Origin: Octopus bimaculoides
Taxonomy: Eukaryota
Length of the DNA stretch: 39,166 bases
Direction of reading: 5' to 3'
NCBI RefSeq assembly: GCF_001194135.2
Contig: NC_068984.1
Span: forward strand, 43,357,865-43,397,030
Below are positions 23,485 to 35,856 of this stretch, piece by piece (the stretch's first letter is position 1; each line of letters opens with the position of its first letter). Below the pieces are notes generated by a model that was given only the letters and a program-made list of their open reading frames with translations, was not told the DNA's origin and did not search any database. Position numbers and translations under genes: made by a program.

Positions 23485-24799
23485 AAGGAGAGTCAAAAAT
23501 TATACGCACTCTTGTTTTTTTCAATATATTTACGCAAAAGCAGGGGATAAAAAAGTACATCATTTTTCTATATAGTCTCCTTCCTTTTCGATGCACTTGG
23601 TCCAGTGGTCCACAAGCTTGCGCATTCCCTCCAAGAAGAAGGTTTTCGGTTGGTCGTGCAACCATTTATGCACCGCTTCATTCACATCTTCATCCGTAGG
23701 AAATCGACGACCTCATAAACGATCTTTGAGTGGTCCAAAGATACGGTAGTTGGAAGGGGGAAAGGTCTGAGTTGTAGGTAGGGTGTTCCAGCACCTCAAA
23801 ACCCAATTGGTTAAGGGTTTTAACGGTCTGAGCGGCCATGTGTGGTTGTGCATTGTTATGCAACAACAACACTTTCCTCGACAATAGGCTTCGGCTTTTG
23901 GTGGGAATTGCTGATTTCAGTTTGTTGGCTAGCAAAGTACTGTATCTTGCACTGTTGATCATACACCCCTTTTTCCAGGTAGTCTTCTAGTATAGGCCCT
24001 TTTGAGTCCCAAAAGAGGATTAGTATCACCTTTCCTGCGGAAGGCTTAGTCTTGACTTTCTTCGTCGCTGTCGAACCAGGATGTTTTCACTCCCTGTTCT
24101 GTCATTTAGATTCTGCCTCATATTGATGAACTCATGTGTCATCTCCTGTAACTATTCTGCTAAAAAATTCCTCGCCCTCATAATTGTAGCGATCGAGTAA
24201 ATATGTTAGCAGACCTCAAGACGTTTGCGCCTGTACTCTGCAGTAAGCTCTCTTGGCACCCATCTTGCACAGAATTTATGGAAGTCGAGCTCATCGTGGA
24301 TGATTTGATAGGTAGAACCATGACTAATCTGTAGAGAACGAGCTACCTCATCGATGAGAACTCACCGGTTCACCATTATCATCTCTCGAGCTTGCTGAAT
24401 CTTCTCGTTTGTGGTGGAGATTGATGTGCGTCTTGCTCCCTTTTCGTGTGTCACGCTTGTCCGGCTACTTTTAAACTTCTCGATTCACTCGTACACACTT
24501 CTACGCGGCAGCACACTGTCCCCGTATTCTGCTAAAACCCTCCAATGAATTACAGCACCTGACACACCTTGCGACCAGAGAAGTCGGATCACTGCTCTCT
24601 GTTGTTCTTTGGTGCACATTGCTAGTGAAGCGGCCATGCTTACAGTGTATAACCAGAAAGAAAAATGGCGCGATCCTGCTCAAACTTTGATCGCGTGACC
24701 ACAATAGTAACAACTGTAAGCACGCATGCGCAGAAGGCAATGTGACAAGAGTAAAGATATGTTATGGTGAAAGTGCGGATAACTTTTGCCTTTCCCTCA
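23483..24799 (-). mobile_element. Full-length decayed mariner transposon (irritans/Hsmar2-like), about 1.3 kb
   Basis: Imperfect 28-bp TIRs (cgaaggagagtcaaaaattatacgcact / agtgcggataacttttgcctttccctca), TA-microsatellite flanks, transposase motifs. Confidence 0.92.
23560..24637 (-). pseudogene. Mariner transposase with stops and frameshifts
   Basis: MAASLAMCTKEQQRAVIRLLW…CARWVPREL…IVTGDDT*…HNNAQPH…HPTYNSDLSP…KCIEKEGDYIEK*. Confidence 0.92.
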
Positions 24800-25183
24800 T
24801 ACATACATACATACATACATATATANNNNNNNNNNNNNNNNNNNNNNNNNNNNNNNNNNNNNNNNNNNNNNNNNNNNNNNNNNNNNNNNNNNNNNNNNNN
24901 NNNNNNNNNNNNNNNNNNNNNNNNNNNNNNNNNNNNNNNNNNNNNNNNNNNNNNNNNNNNNNNNNNNNNNNNNNNNNNNNNNNNNNNNNNNNNNNNNNNN
25001 NNNNNNNNNNNNNNNNNNATATATAAGTGTACGTAGTATTATTCGGAGAGGTTGATTATTCACGAACACTTTAATATGAATTCATATCCAATATGTGTTC
25101 TTGTATGTAAGTACATTGCTTCTGCATACAATATGCTATTTATGAGACCCACACACTCGCGCACGCACGCACACACACGCACA

Positions 25184-25214
<31 letters not shown>

Positions 25215-26189
25215 ACACACACACACATACACACACACACTATCCCCACCTCTCACATATACTTGAACTGTATCTTTATCATCTGACTCATTGTTTGCAA
25301 TGTGATGCGAATCATCAACAATTGCAATGGGTCTCAGATGACAAACACAAACTATCTCCGGACTTCTCCCTCACAGCTTCTCCTTATATATTTATTACAG
25401 AAAATTCAAAATTGAATCTGCATCTATATAATTCTTCTTCCCATTGGTGGTGGACAACTTTAAAAAGTTTAAAACCTGATTTTATCAAACATGGCTATTT
25501 GTCTGCCCCTCCAACCCCACACTTGTCTCTCAACACTATTATGAGAAACACTGAACTCCTCTGTTCATGAAGCTTATATTCTAAATACTGTGGTTTTCTT
25601 GGAAGAGTATTTATAGAAAAGAATAAAAGAAAGAAAAAGAAAGAAAAACGAAAAAAAAGGCAAAACAAACAAAAACAAAACAAAAGACAGAGAGTGGTTT
25701 GTTAGTTGGTGAAAGAAAATAATTTATCGATAGATTGATATTTCTGTGAAACATTTGGCACGAGTCTAGAGATTTATTTGGTGTTTTGTTGTGTAATAAC
25801 AACCGCCTCTATAGGGAGGCTATTATAATAGACTGATACGGGTCAGAGAATAAACTACGAATATATTTTTGTTCGTTATTGATGATCAGTGACGTTGCAT
25901 AGATTGTTTCATTCTAGAAATAATCCATAAAATAGAACATTGCACATATAGGCAATATAATAATGACAATAACAATCCAAAATATTTACACATAGCGTAA
26001 TTATTTGAAGTCGCCTCTCAACCTCTCGGCTCTGCTTGCTAAAACATTCAAGAGAGGTGTATATTATTTAAGCGTAAACTAAAACAAGCTACAGTGTAGA
26101 GCCACACAATCCGCAGAAACTTCAGAATAATGAGAAGACATATGATTTTAATACTGTGAGACTGTTTGTCAGTGGAAAAGCAAGTGTGT

Positions 26190-26330
26190 GCGCTGTCCGC
26201 GGAAGCTCTTGAGTCACCGCTCCACTCCCGGGCCCACGAGCCTATACAGGTTTATTCAGCAAACCCAAAAGTGCCGTCCCTATAAAAGCATCACCCGGGG
26301 CGGCGCACCCTCTTATCCCCAGCTGTGCTA
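26190..26330 (+). promoter_or_regulatory. Candidate Pol II core promoter in a CpG-rich patch
   Basis: TGAGTCA 26210-26216, TATAAAAG 26281-26288, GGGGCGG 26297-26303, several CpGs in an AT-rich, non-repeat context. Confidence 0.4.
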
Positions 26331-27826
26331 CTACCACTGTTGAATTTTTTTTTAATGAAGGACCGCCAAGCTTAGAACCTCACCAAGTCTAAAATCGGAA
26401 CTCTATATTTGTGCATTGCTATATTCGCAGTAGATTGTTGGTAAGCTTATTTGGGCAGGTGATGTGTCTATTGAAAATTTGATTCCTTGCATTCCTCTTT
26501 CTTACTAGTGACCCATTTTCCCACCAAATCAGTCTCTCAACTTCAGTTTTAGCCCTAGTTTTCTTATATCTTACGAAGCATCCAAGTGATAAACCGATTT
26601 TTGTGGACGCAGACCATCTTCAGTTTCTTTGGCTTATCAGCCGTCATGAAACTCACTGAAAGACGGTTGGTAAGCCGAAACTTCGTAGTTACTATCAACC
26701 TTTTTGCTATAAACATTAATGAATATATACTCTACTATAAAAGTATTGAGTGATTCTTCAGTTTAATGCTAGATTGTTTTTACATAAACTTTAAACACAA
26801 ACACACGCACATATACACATTTATACTTGTGTATAAATGTATGTATGAGAGGGAAGAGAGACAGAGAGACAGACAGACAGACAGATAGACAGAGAGACAG
26901 ACAGAGAGTGATAGAGAGAGTGAGTGAATTTGAGAGAGAGAGAGATTGAGAGGGAGAGAGAGAGAGTTGTCACTTAATATGGTTTCTCCTTCTTCATTCA
27001 ATAACTTCCAACGAACAAGTATATCTCATTAGTTTCAATGCTGATTTATTGGAAAATATATCTTAACTCAAATTATTCTGGCTGTAAAGAAATATCATGC
27101 GAGATAATTGACGAGAACATTGTTAGTTCTTAGTTCTGAGCTACTTTATGTATTTCAGTTATAAAAACAGATACATTTTTACTTCCTATGACCTCTCCAG
27201 AACCACAGGAATATTTCAGTTCGTTTGTACGAAATAACAAGGTATTTTGACCGAGGGGTTTCTCAGTTATTAGAAAAGATCTACCATTAGCTGTCTAATT
27301 TGCGAAAATCATAATGAAATGCTAGATAAGAATTATATTCACATGGAGCTGTTGGAGAGACGAGGTCGTTCGAATCTGTTGACCACTTTTAAAGGCTGCT
27401 TATATGAAAAAGATATCTATAATCTGGGAAAATCCAAGTAACATTTACGTAAATTAAAATGAAAAATAAAATGGTAATGAAAGATGAGGGTTAAAAAGTC
27501 ATGACTTTAATTTCATTTAATCAAGTCGTCTGACTCGTTTATTACGAATGAGGTCTTGGTATTCATAACTGAGTCACAATCACTAAACTATACGTGATAT
27601 ACTTCCATATCTAGTTTGGTTAACGGTTTAAGAAGTCGGAATCTTGAGTATCCTATGATAGAGGAAACGGAAGATCTTTTAATAGGTCAATGACAACACT
27701 CACATGTTTTAAGATTAATTTACTAAGACAATTGCATACATCAGTCAGGCCCTATGAGTTACAGTGTAGGAAAATATTTACTTTATTTACATTTGACGGA
27801 TATTTGTCCTCACCTTGTTTGTTGTT

Positions 27827-27872
27827 AACTCAACGTTTCGGCTGATATACCCACCAGCCTTCATCAGTTGTC
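27827..27872 (-). ncRNA. Hammerhead motif, left arm, stem I disrupted
   Basis: gacaa CTGATGA A GGCTGG tgggtata TCAGCC GAAAC GTT gagtt; two stem I mismatches next to the core. Confidence 0.5.
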
Positions 27873-27919
27873 TTGGGGAAATTTCGAACCTGGGTTCTCA
27901 TTCCTAAGGTAGTTTTCGA

Positions 27920-27978
<59 letters not shown>

Positions 27979-28105
27979 TCACTGCTTGGAATCGAACTCG
28001 GAATCTTGGGGTAAGTAGCCCGCGCTCTTAACCACTACACCATATGCCCGTGGGCATATGGCGTAGTGGTTAAGATTCCGAGTTCGATTCCAAGCAATGA
28101 CCTGA

Positions 28106-28162
<57 letters not shown>

Positions 28163-28209
28163 TCGAAAAATACCTTAGGAATGAGAACCCAGGTTCGAAA
28201 TTTCCCCAA

Positions 28210-28255
28210 GACACCTGATGAAGGCTGACGGGTATATCAGCCGAAACGTTGTGTT
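28210..28255 (+). ncRNA. Minimal type I hammerhead ribozyme motif, best-preserved copy
   Basis: gacac CTGATGA A GGCTGA cgggtata TCAGCC GAAAC GTT gtgtt: 5-bp stem I, 6-bp stem II, palindromic AACGTT stem III; predicted cut after GUU at 28250. Confidence 0.72.
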
Positions 28256-30608
28256 AACAACAAACAAGATGAGGACAAATATCCGTCAAATGTAAGTAAT
28301 GTAAATAATGTATATAATTCCTCATCTCTTAAATATAGAACAGGAAAATATTTGATAAACAAAATATTCCCGTCGTTTGAGAGTCAGGCGATAATCCGTG
28401 TGGGAAGGTATATTCGATTGAACTGGTACTTTTTTCAATGACAATGACAAAATGAAAGGCTATTTCAAAAGTTGTGTAATTTAAATGTAGAGGAACGCTA
28501 TTAACTTCATATCATAAAAATTTAATCCTCTTCTTTTCCATTTCTGTCAACTCTCCGCCCACTGAATATTGAATGATTTATCGATTGACAAATATTGATA
28601 TAAAATTGCAACAAACAAAAGGGAAAATATCTGTATAAAGGAAAATTAAAATCAATATTTACCATCTGTTATTGCTGATAGTTCAATTTTCTGTATTGAA
28701 CTGTTTTTCTTTCTTTCTTATTTATCTGACTGCCACAGCTGCAACCAATTTATTTATTACCCTAAATGGGTTAAAATTTAGCACAATTAGTCTCAGATGA
28801 GAGCATTATTGAGAAAATGATAAGGTTTTCGTGAATCGACTTTGCATTTTTTTCTATACTCTTTAACTTATATATACTACTGAAGTCTCAGGGAAAGGCA
28901 CGAACATCAAAACTTTCAAGTTTTCCTTTAAATATTATTTACATAGCTTGCATAAAATGAATCAATGTTATGTTTATTGGACTTATGATAATATCTGTTT
29001 GAAAACACCAGTTCTCGCCTGACTACAGAAGTGATGTTAATCAGTTAAATATTTTAAATGGTTGAAGAGTAAAAATCTGCGTAACAAGTATGAACATTCG
29101 TATTCAGCTACAGTTTTTTACTTTCTAAGTTCAAATCCAAGGTCAACTTTATGTCCCTCTGGCTTCGATAAAGTACCGGGGTAATATCAGGTTTTATTAG
29201 ATCTACATACTCTTATTCCTAAATTCGTCATCTTTTGCTAATATAAGAAATTGGTATTTAAAATCACAGAACCACTCAGAAACTCAGGTACTGAAATGAA
29301 GTGTGCTTCTCAAATAATCCCATATTTAGACAGTAAACTGGTATTGGGAATGACGTATTACGTGCCACAAGATTCTTTGCAAAATAACAGCGAGGAAATT
29401 ACTGACGTCAATATATTTGGTTTCCTTACTTCTTCTATTAAAATAGTTCCGTGTCTAGCTACAATAAATCAATATCAAATTGTAAAAGTAGTGAGCACAC
29501 CAAAGAGGTCGAACCTGCCGCTTGGTCATGATTGTACGGTTCTCATTTGTTCGCTTCAAGCAAGTTCACTTTTCATATGTTCCTAACGTTCTTGAGGAGA
29601 AAAGCATGTACGTAGCAAACTTTACTTTTATATTCCCAAGTATTATAGATTTCTTGTTTAGTCAAATGTAACCAAAGTCATTGGGGGTTGTAACTGTGGC
29701 TCAGTGAGAACTCAGTATGATATAGTTTCATATACAAAACTTATGGTCTTGAGAAAAGCTCAAGTATCATTATCCTGATTTCCTCTTTTCGTGAAATAAA
29801 AACAAAAAATGGTGAATACATCTAAAAATGAAATATCAAATACACTACTCAAATATTTAATGTATGGTTCTGTGTCTCGCATATAAGAGAAATAGAACAC
29901 TTTTAACACTTTTAAGATGGTGGGTTGAAATATTCGACACCTCTCACAAGGTCTTCAGATTCCAGCAGGACGAAAATAAAGCTTGTTCTTTTATCTTATA
30001 AGTTCCAGTTGCAATTGAAAGGGAGGTTTGAAGTGAATCAACTGAAGCTGCTATCTTATTGTGTTAGAAGAGAATCCAATTACCGCGTCTTCGTCAATAT
30101 GACAACGATCATATGTTCTTTTGATTAGTCACAAAAACATTTTATTTTTAATAAAAAGGAAATTTAATGTTGTGCCATTCATGTTTTCTTCACAAAGGTA
30201 TAAGCAGTGTGTATTCAATACACAACATTCATGAACAAAGACATTGAAAACCTACTTCAATGAATGCAGAGTCTAGTCTTCTTTAATAGTGACAGAACAA
30301 AGTCGCCACACACACGAAGGAAATGTCTTTACAACGAAATATCCTCGATATTCATGAATAATTCACAACTAAATCTTCATATTGGTAGCACTACCCCAAC
30401 ACACACACACACACACACACACAATGTGCGAAATTCTCTTGTGGTGGCAACATATTGCTATAACATAACATATATTTCAATGTCTACGCCTTCTCTCCGG
30501 GACCACATATTACTTCCGCCGCTAACGTTACACAAAGCATTTGTTCCCCACACTAGCATATTGTTCATATAATAGAGTAGTTTCTACAAATACTCAGAAA
30601 CACTGCAG

Positions 30609-30646
<38 letters not shown>

Positions 30647-32159
30647 CAGAAAAACTAAAGGCGTGGTCCATTCGACTGATTGACAAACTTTCATTCACTA
30701 ACACACCGATGCACTATATTCTCCATCTGTCACTTCTGTCTTTACAATCGGTATAATTCTTTTATCCAACCCCCGTCCATTTACCATACATTTCCTCCTA
30801 TCTATTGTCTAAATACTTTCCTAACTTTTCCCCATTTTAAGCTTCAACTACTGATAGCGCTCATCTTGCTCACATTTTTCTTTCAATAAATGCAGAAGCA
30901 AACTAGTTAGGGAGCCTTCAAGAATTGTCTTCACCTGCTAGAAATAGCACCCAAATCCCCCCCTCTTACTGTCATAAAAAAGGGAAGGACACATTAGATA
31001 ATGTATTCCTTGATATACCATGATTAACTAAAAGAAATGATGGAGTGGGTAGGACTGGAATATTTTTGAGCATAGATCTCCTTTATCAGTTAATATTGTG
31101 CAATAATTCGAGTTCAATATCAGTCGATCGATCTCCTCAGTTCAGGAGCACCTGGAAATACTACGAGTTCTTTTTCTCCTCACCGGACTGAAGTACGTAA
31201 AAAAGCTACATACAAAAATAGTTAAATGAAATGTCGTCAATCAAAAGTATAACACTATCCAACGTACCGTGAGCTTACACCTTGCTCCATGTCAGTAACA
31301 ATAACGACACAAAGATATGGAATTGTAGGGACGAATTAAATTGACACACTGAAAGGGTGAAAGCTAAGTTCATCTCGACGGGTTCTTGACTTAGGATGTA
31401 AAGGGGCGTAACAAAAAATCGCAAAGCATTAACTCCTACGCTCTATTGATTCTAGAGTATTTTATAATACGCTGACAAAGACTACACTCTGTGGAACAAC
31501 ATTCTATTCGGCAAACTATATTATTCTGTTCATAGTTAAAATTTTCATTGGATATTTTTGTTTTTTACTTAGTGGCTAATTTAGAAGGATCATTGAAAAA
31601 ACTCGGGGCGCACCCTACATATTTTATTCCCCAGAGACTGGCTAAGAGCAAACAATTATCATGTTGCCATTAACATACATTTTCCCTGCAAATGTACTCG
31701 GTGTTGAAATTAATAATAATAACTTTTAGTATAAGCACAAGGTCTGAAGTTGCGGAATAGAATGGAGTCGATTATATAAACCAATTAAAATTACATAAAC
31801 CATTACTTAACTAATACTTTATGTTCACGACTCCAAAAGCTGGAAGAGCAACGTAAAACTCAGCGAGATTTGAGATTGGAAGTTTGAAGAATGTTTAATA
31901 AAAATCGGAGAACATTTTGTTTAGCACGCTGTCGATTATGTCACTTCACTGTTCATCTTGTAGTAGTAGATGTGTGCAGTTTGCATAGAAACCTCAAACA
32001 GAGATAAAAGCAAACAATACGAAGACAATATACACTCATATGAGAAAGTTCACCTTACAATCTCTATCACCATAGCCACCAGACAGAACCATGCTCCCAG
32101 CCAAAGGAACACAAAGGCGATCCTGACGATGGACTCGGTTGATAAACGAATATGTCCTG

Positions 32160-32493
32160 TGTGATGTAAAGGAAGAAAAAGGACGGAAGCGAAGAGATAA
32201 TTGCGGTAGTCTTATCTGTCGGTCCGGAAAAAGGGTTATTTTCAACGACCACGTGCTCTGTCTCGATCTGCAAGATTCACTCAACGTCCACGTGCGCTAT
32301 CCGTCGCTGTACAGTCTGACACACGTCTGCTCTGATGCGCTGTTCGCCGCCGACTGCGTCTTCGCGCTTCACTGACCCCGCATGCCCACCGTGGCCCTTC
32401 CGGTGGGACCCACAGGCCCCACTTCCAACAGGACATGCCTACTCTCTCACTTCCGATCCTTCCCTACAACACACCCTGGCTCATAACACCACA
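32160..32493 (-). mobile_element. 3' LTR of a Gypsy-like retrotransposon
   Basis: Minus strand TGTGGTGT…ACATCACA (TG…CA, 7/8 inverted termini), preceded by a purine-rich aggggcgcg tract and integrase coding sequence. Confidence 0.7.
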
Positions 32494-32954
32494 CGCGCCC
32501 CTGATCTGAAGATCGTTCAACCAACCTGCCCACACCCTCTCCTCAACCCTGGTCGCACGCCTTAACTTGTGTCATAATCAGCCAACCTGTGACTGCCATG
32601 GGACTGGCCTCAGTTCCTGACATGTTGCTGCCGACTTCGTCTTCTTGTCCATTACCGTTGGCCCCATCCTCCTGCGCACATCCAAAACATGTCGTATCAT
32701 GCCATCTACGGACACATTGTTCCTCGAATTCATAGAGGTTATTGTCCCCTTTCCCCACTGTGATGTGCACCATGCATTTGGGGGTTTAACGCAGACTTCT
32801 TCCCCGACCTGTACAAAGGCATGCCCTTTCTCTTCTGTAGGATGCGGCGATGCGGTACTTGGATGTCTCCACTCGTACTTGAATATTGTCCGATGTGGCA
32901 TTGACTCCTCAGCCTGTCCCGTCCTGGGCGACATATTATACCAAAAAACGGTCT
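32494..32954 (-). mobile_element. Gypsy-like pol 3' end (integrase C-terminus)
   Basis: ETVFWYNMSPR…PHRTIFKYEWRHP…QVGEEVCVKPPNAWCTSQWGKGTIT…NNVSVDGMIRHVLDVRR. Confidence 0.75.
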
Positions 32955-33176
32955 CTGGCAGAAACGTTAGCACGCCGGACGAAATGCTTAGCGGTACTTC
33001 GTCTGTTGTTACGTTCTGAGTTCAAATTCCGCCGAGGTCGATTTTGCCTTTCATCCTTTCGGGGTCGATAAATTAAGTACCAGTTACGCACTGGGGTCGA
33101 TATAATCAACTTAATCCCTTTGTCTGTCCTTGTTTGTCCCCTCTATGTTTAGCCCCTTGTGGGCAATAATGAAATA
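32955..33176 (+). mobile_element. Family-B SINE, tail type 2, inserted in the head of another family-B copy
   Basis: Tail tttgtctgtccttgtttgtcc…aatgaaata immediately followed by agaaacgttagcacgccgg, which duplicates 32960-32978. Confidence 0.88.
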
Positions 33177-33380
33177 AGAAACGTTAGCACGCCGGGCGAA
33201 ATGCATAGCATAGCGGTATTTCGTCTGTCTACGTTCTGAGTTCAAATATCTGCTGAGGTCGACTTTGCCTTTCATCCTTTCGGGGTCGATAAATTAAGTA
33301 CCAGTTGCGTACTGGGGTCGATGTAATCGACTGGCCCCCTCCCCAAAAATGTTGGGCCTTGTGCCTAGAGTAGAAAAGAT
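33177..33380 (+). mobile_element. Family-B SINE, tail type 1
   Basis: Body as at 3791-4010, ending gtgcctagagtagaaaag. Confidence 0.88.
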
Positions 33381-34348
33381 AGTTCATGACATCATCTTTC
33401 CATGGAACTCTTCCCGTATGAGACCATACAAGAAACCTTGGTAAAGTCTTTTTTATACTAATATTATTCGTAAATTATAATTCCTTTGCATCTATGAATA
33501 ATATAGCAATAGCAGTGATATAAACGACTAGCAAAATTAAAAAAATTACACCTGTAAATTACACTATCATTCAAACTATTACATATATTCACACTTAAAT
33601 CACCTTGTGAAAATTAGTTTCGATAAGAATAGTAGAAAAGCTTTTAAGAACTGCATGGACTTCGTGTGTTAAACTCTGGTGTTACATGAAACAGATTCAT
33701 TCATCGAGTTAGCATATTTTATGTATTATTTTTCTAGAAAATCCTCTTTTAGTGTAACCCGCTATGATAATGTCTCTCAGTGCGGTTCGCACCCCTCACA
33801 ACCCCCTTGTGTTGCCAGTACCCCGGCCCGATCCGGATCAACCAAAAGATGCATACAGCTAGTAGTCGCGGAAGATGGGCAAAACTGTTTGCACACTAGC
33901 AGTCTTAATTTCGCTGATAGCCAGCACATCTATATCAAATGATTTGATGTCATTGAGCGAATGACTTTGTTTCCAAGCAGGTCAGGTGCACGTATACAGG
34001 TTACGTGCACTTATACGACTTTCATACAAAGTAAGGTCATATTCGTCAAGAGTGAGGTCACACACATTAGTCATGAAGAATGTGTAATTTTGTCTTCTTA
34101 GCAGTGGAGGGCAGATTGCTACCAGAGATGCAAATCTACAAGTAAGAAAAAGGGTAGAATAAATGAAATCCACCCAACAACTTGTTCTTATATCGGCCCA
34201 ATAAAGCTGAAGGACCAAGATGCCCTCAGGTGGAATTCCTTCTATAGCAATATAGAATTTAGAAGTCTTTTGTCGAGCATTTTGCTGTATTTTCTTTTTG
34301 CCAGGAGGAAAATCATTGCCCATGATCCTTTACAGATCCTTTGAGATT

Positions 34349-34452
34349 GGTGGGAGGTAGATGGGTAGGTAGGTAGGGAGGTATGGAGGTAGGGGGTAGG
34401 TAGGGGGTAGGTAGGGAGGGAGGGAGGTAAGGAGGGAGGTAAGGAGGGAGGG
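34349..34452 (+). repeat. G-rich (GGTA/GGGA)n purine tract with a canonical G-quadruplex motif
   Basis: GGGGG-taggta-GGG-a-GGG-a-GGG at 34403-34424. Confidence 0.75.
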
Positions 34453-34864
34453 AATTATTATCAAACTTGCAATAGAGTAATTTCCTCTAGAGGCTCCCAA
34501 AATCTCACGTGGTGGTGTTGAACTGGGTGACGGATTAATTCTGCTACACTAATCGATCATGGCAGGTTTTGAAGTATCCGAACAAACAACAATCCATCAA
34601 TCCACCGTCCTGGATTAGTACTTTTTTTATTTATTATATAGACCCCGAAACGATGAAAGGGAAAGTTGACCTCAGGTGGATTTGAACTCAGAGCGTATAG
34701 AATCGGAATAAATACTGCGTGGAATTCACCTTAACACTCTATCGATTCTACCTATTCACCGCCTTGGTTATTAGCTGTCAAATACTAGCCTCAGTACTTG
34801 ATTGGTACTTAAAGAATTTCAGAAATATTTATTTCTAATCCTTCATTCTCAGCCGAAAAGAAGT

Positions 34865-35856
34865 AGTCACGGTTCTAGGACAGCATTCTTCACCTTATGA
34901 GATGTCAACTGGTGTACCGCAGGTCCCCTTTTGTTTGTTGCACACATTAATGACATAGATGCCAACCTAAAGAATGCCACAGTGCTGAAATATGTAGATG
35001 ATATCAAGCTGTAGCTTAAGATAAAAAGGACAGATCCTGAAAACTATAGATCTTTCTCGCAATCGAACCTGGACACAATGCAACAATGGATCACAGACTG
35101 GCAACTCAAGCTGGCTGTGGACAAGTGTACCATCATGCATTTTAGAAGGAAAAACCCAGTGTCTACATACTTTTTTAGCGACACTAACATCAAGAAGTCT
35201 TCTTGTGAACGTGACTTGGGCATTACTGTCAGCAGTGATTTGCGCTGGACAAAGCACTTCTCTAAAATTGTCAAGAAGGCCGAGGGTGTAAAACCTTTGT
35301 CAGCCGTTCTCCAGCTATCATTTAAGGCTGTATATGGCTATGGTAAGACCACACTTGGAATTTGTCATCACCAGTTTGGAACCCCTGAGACGTGCATCTA
35401 AGCGAATACCCTCCATTAGGCATCTACCATACTCTGAACACCTTGCCTCCCTGGGCATAGATACATTGAAGCTCCGACGTCTGGCAACTGAGTTGGTAAA
35501 CATCCACAAAATTATTAATTATCGTACCAACAACTAATTTGAGCACCTCTTTGAACTCCTTCTGTCTAACACACGTGGGCATGCCTACAAAGTCAGAAAA
35601 CAGCACAGCTCCCATGCCTTTCGGAAACATTTTTTCACTCTCAGAGTTGCTGAAGCATGGAACAAACTATCTGCATCAGTTGTTAGCTGCCGAGACATTG
35701 CATCCTTTAAAATCTTCACGCTTCCTGAAATTCGCTACCACTACACCTGATATCCATCCATAGGTTCCCTTTCCTAACATTTGTACATAATTCTATGTAC
35801 CTTTGATAAGTTGTAGTACACCTGATCACTATACACAATAATTTCATTATTATTTA
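34865..35856 (+). mobile_element. 5'-truncated CR1-clade LINE (RT C-terminal half and 3' end)
   Basis: STGVPQ, LKYVDDIKL, WITDWQLKLAVDKC, ERDLGITV, VRPHLEF, TRGHAYK, FFTLRVAEAWNKL; ends in attattatt. Confidence 0.92.

Larger units (their letters stand above)
27780..28341. mobile_element. Head-to-head inverted dimer of family-D element with 12-bp TSD
   Basis: Centre catatgccc-gt-gggcatatg (28041-28060); arms are reverse complements; TSD aggaaaatattt at 27768-27779 and 28342-28353. Confidence 0.92.

Noticed and set aside
26630-26690. 15-bp wobble hairpin overlapping CTGAAAGA…GAAAC-ttc-GTA
   Set aside because: Extra base in the U-turn, bulged stem II and no stem I; not supportable as a ribozyme, though possibly a PLE relic
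29251-29586. 111-aa ORF, and similar short ORFs in 28400-31900
   Set aside because: No recognisable domain, TTG/AT-rich chance ORFs, no supporting splice structure
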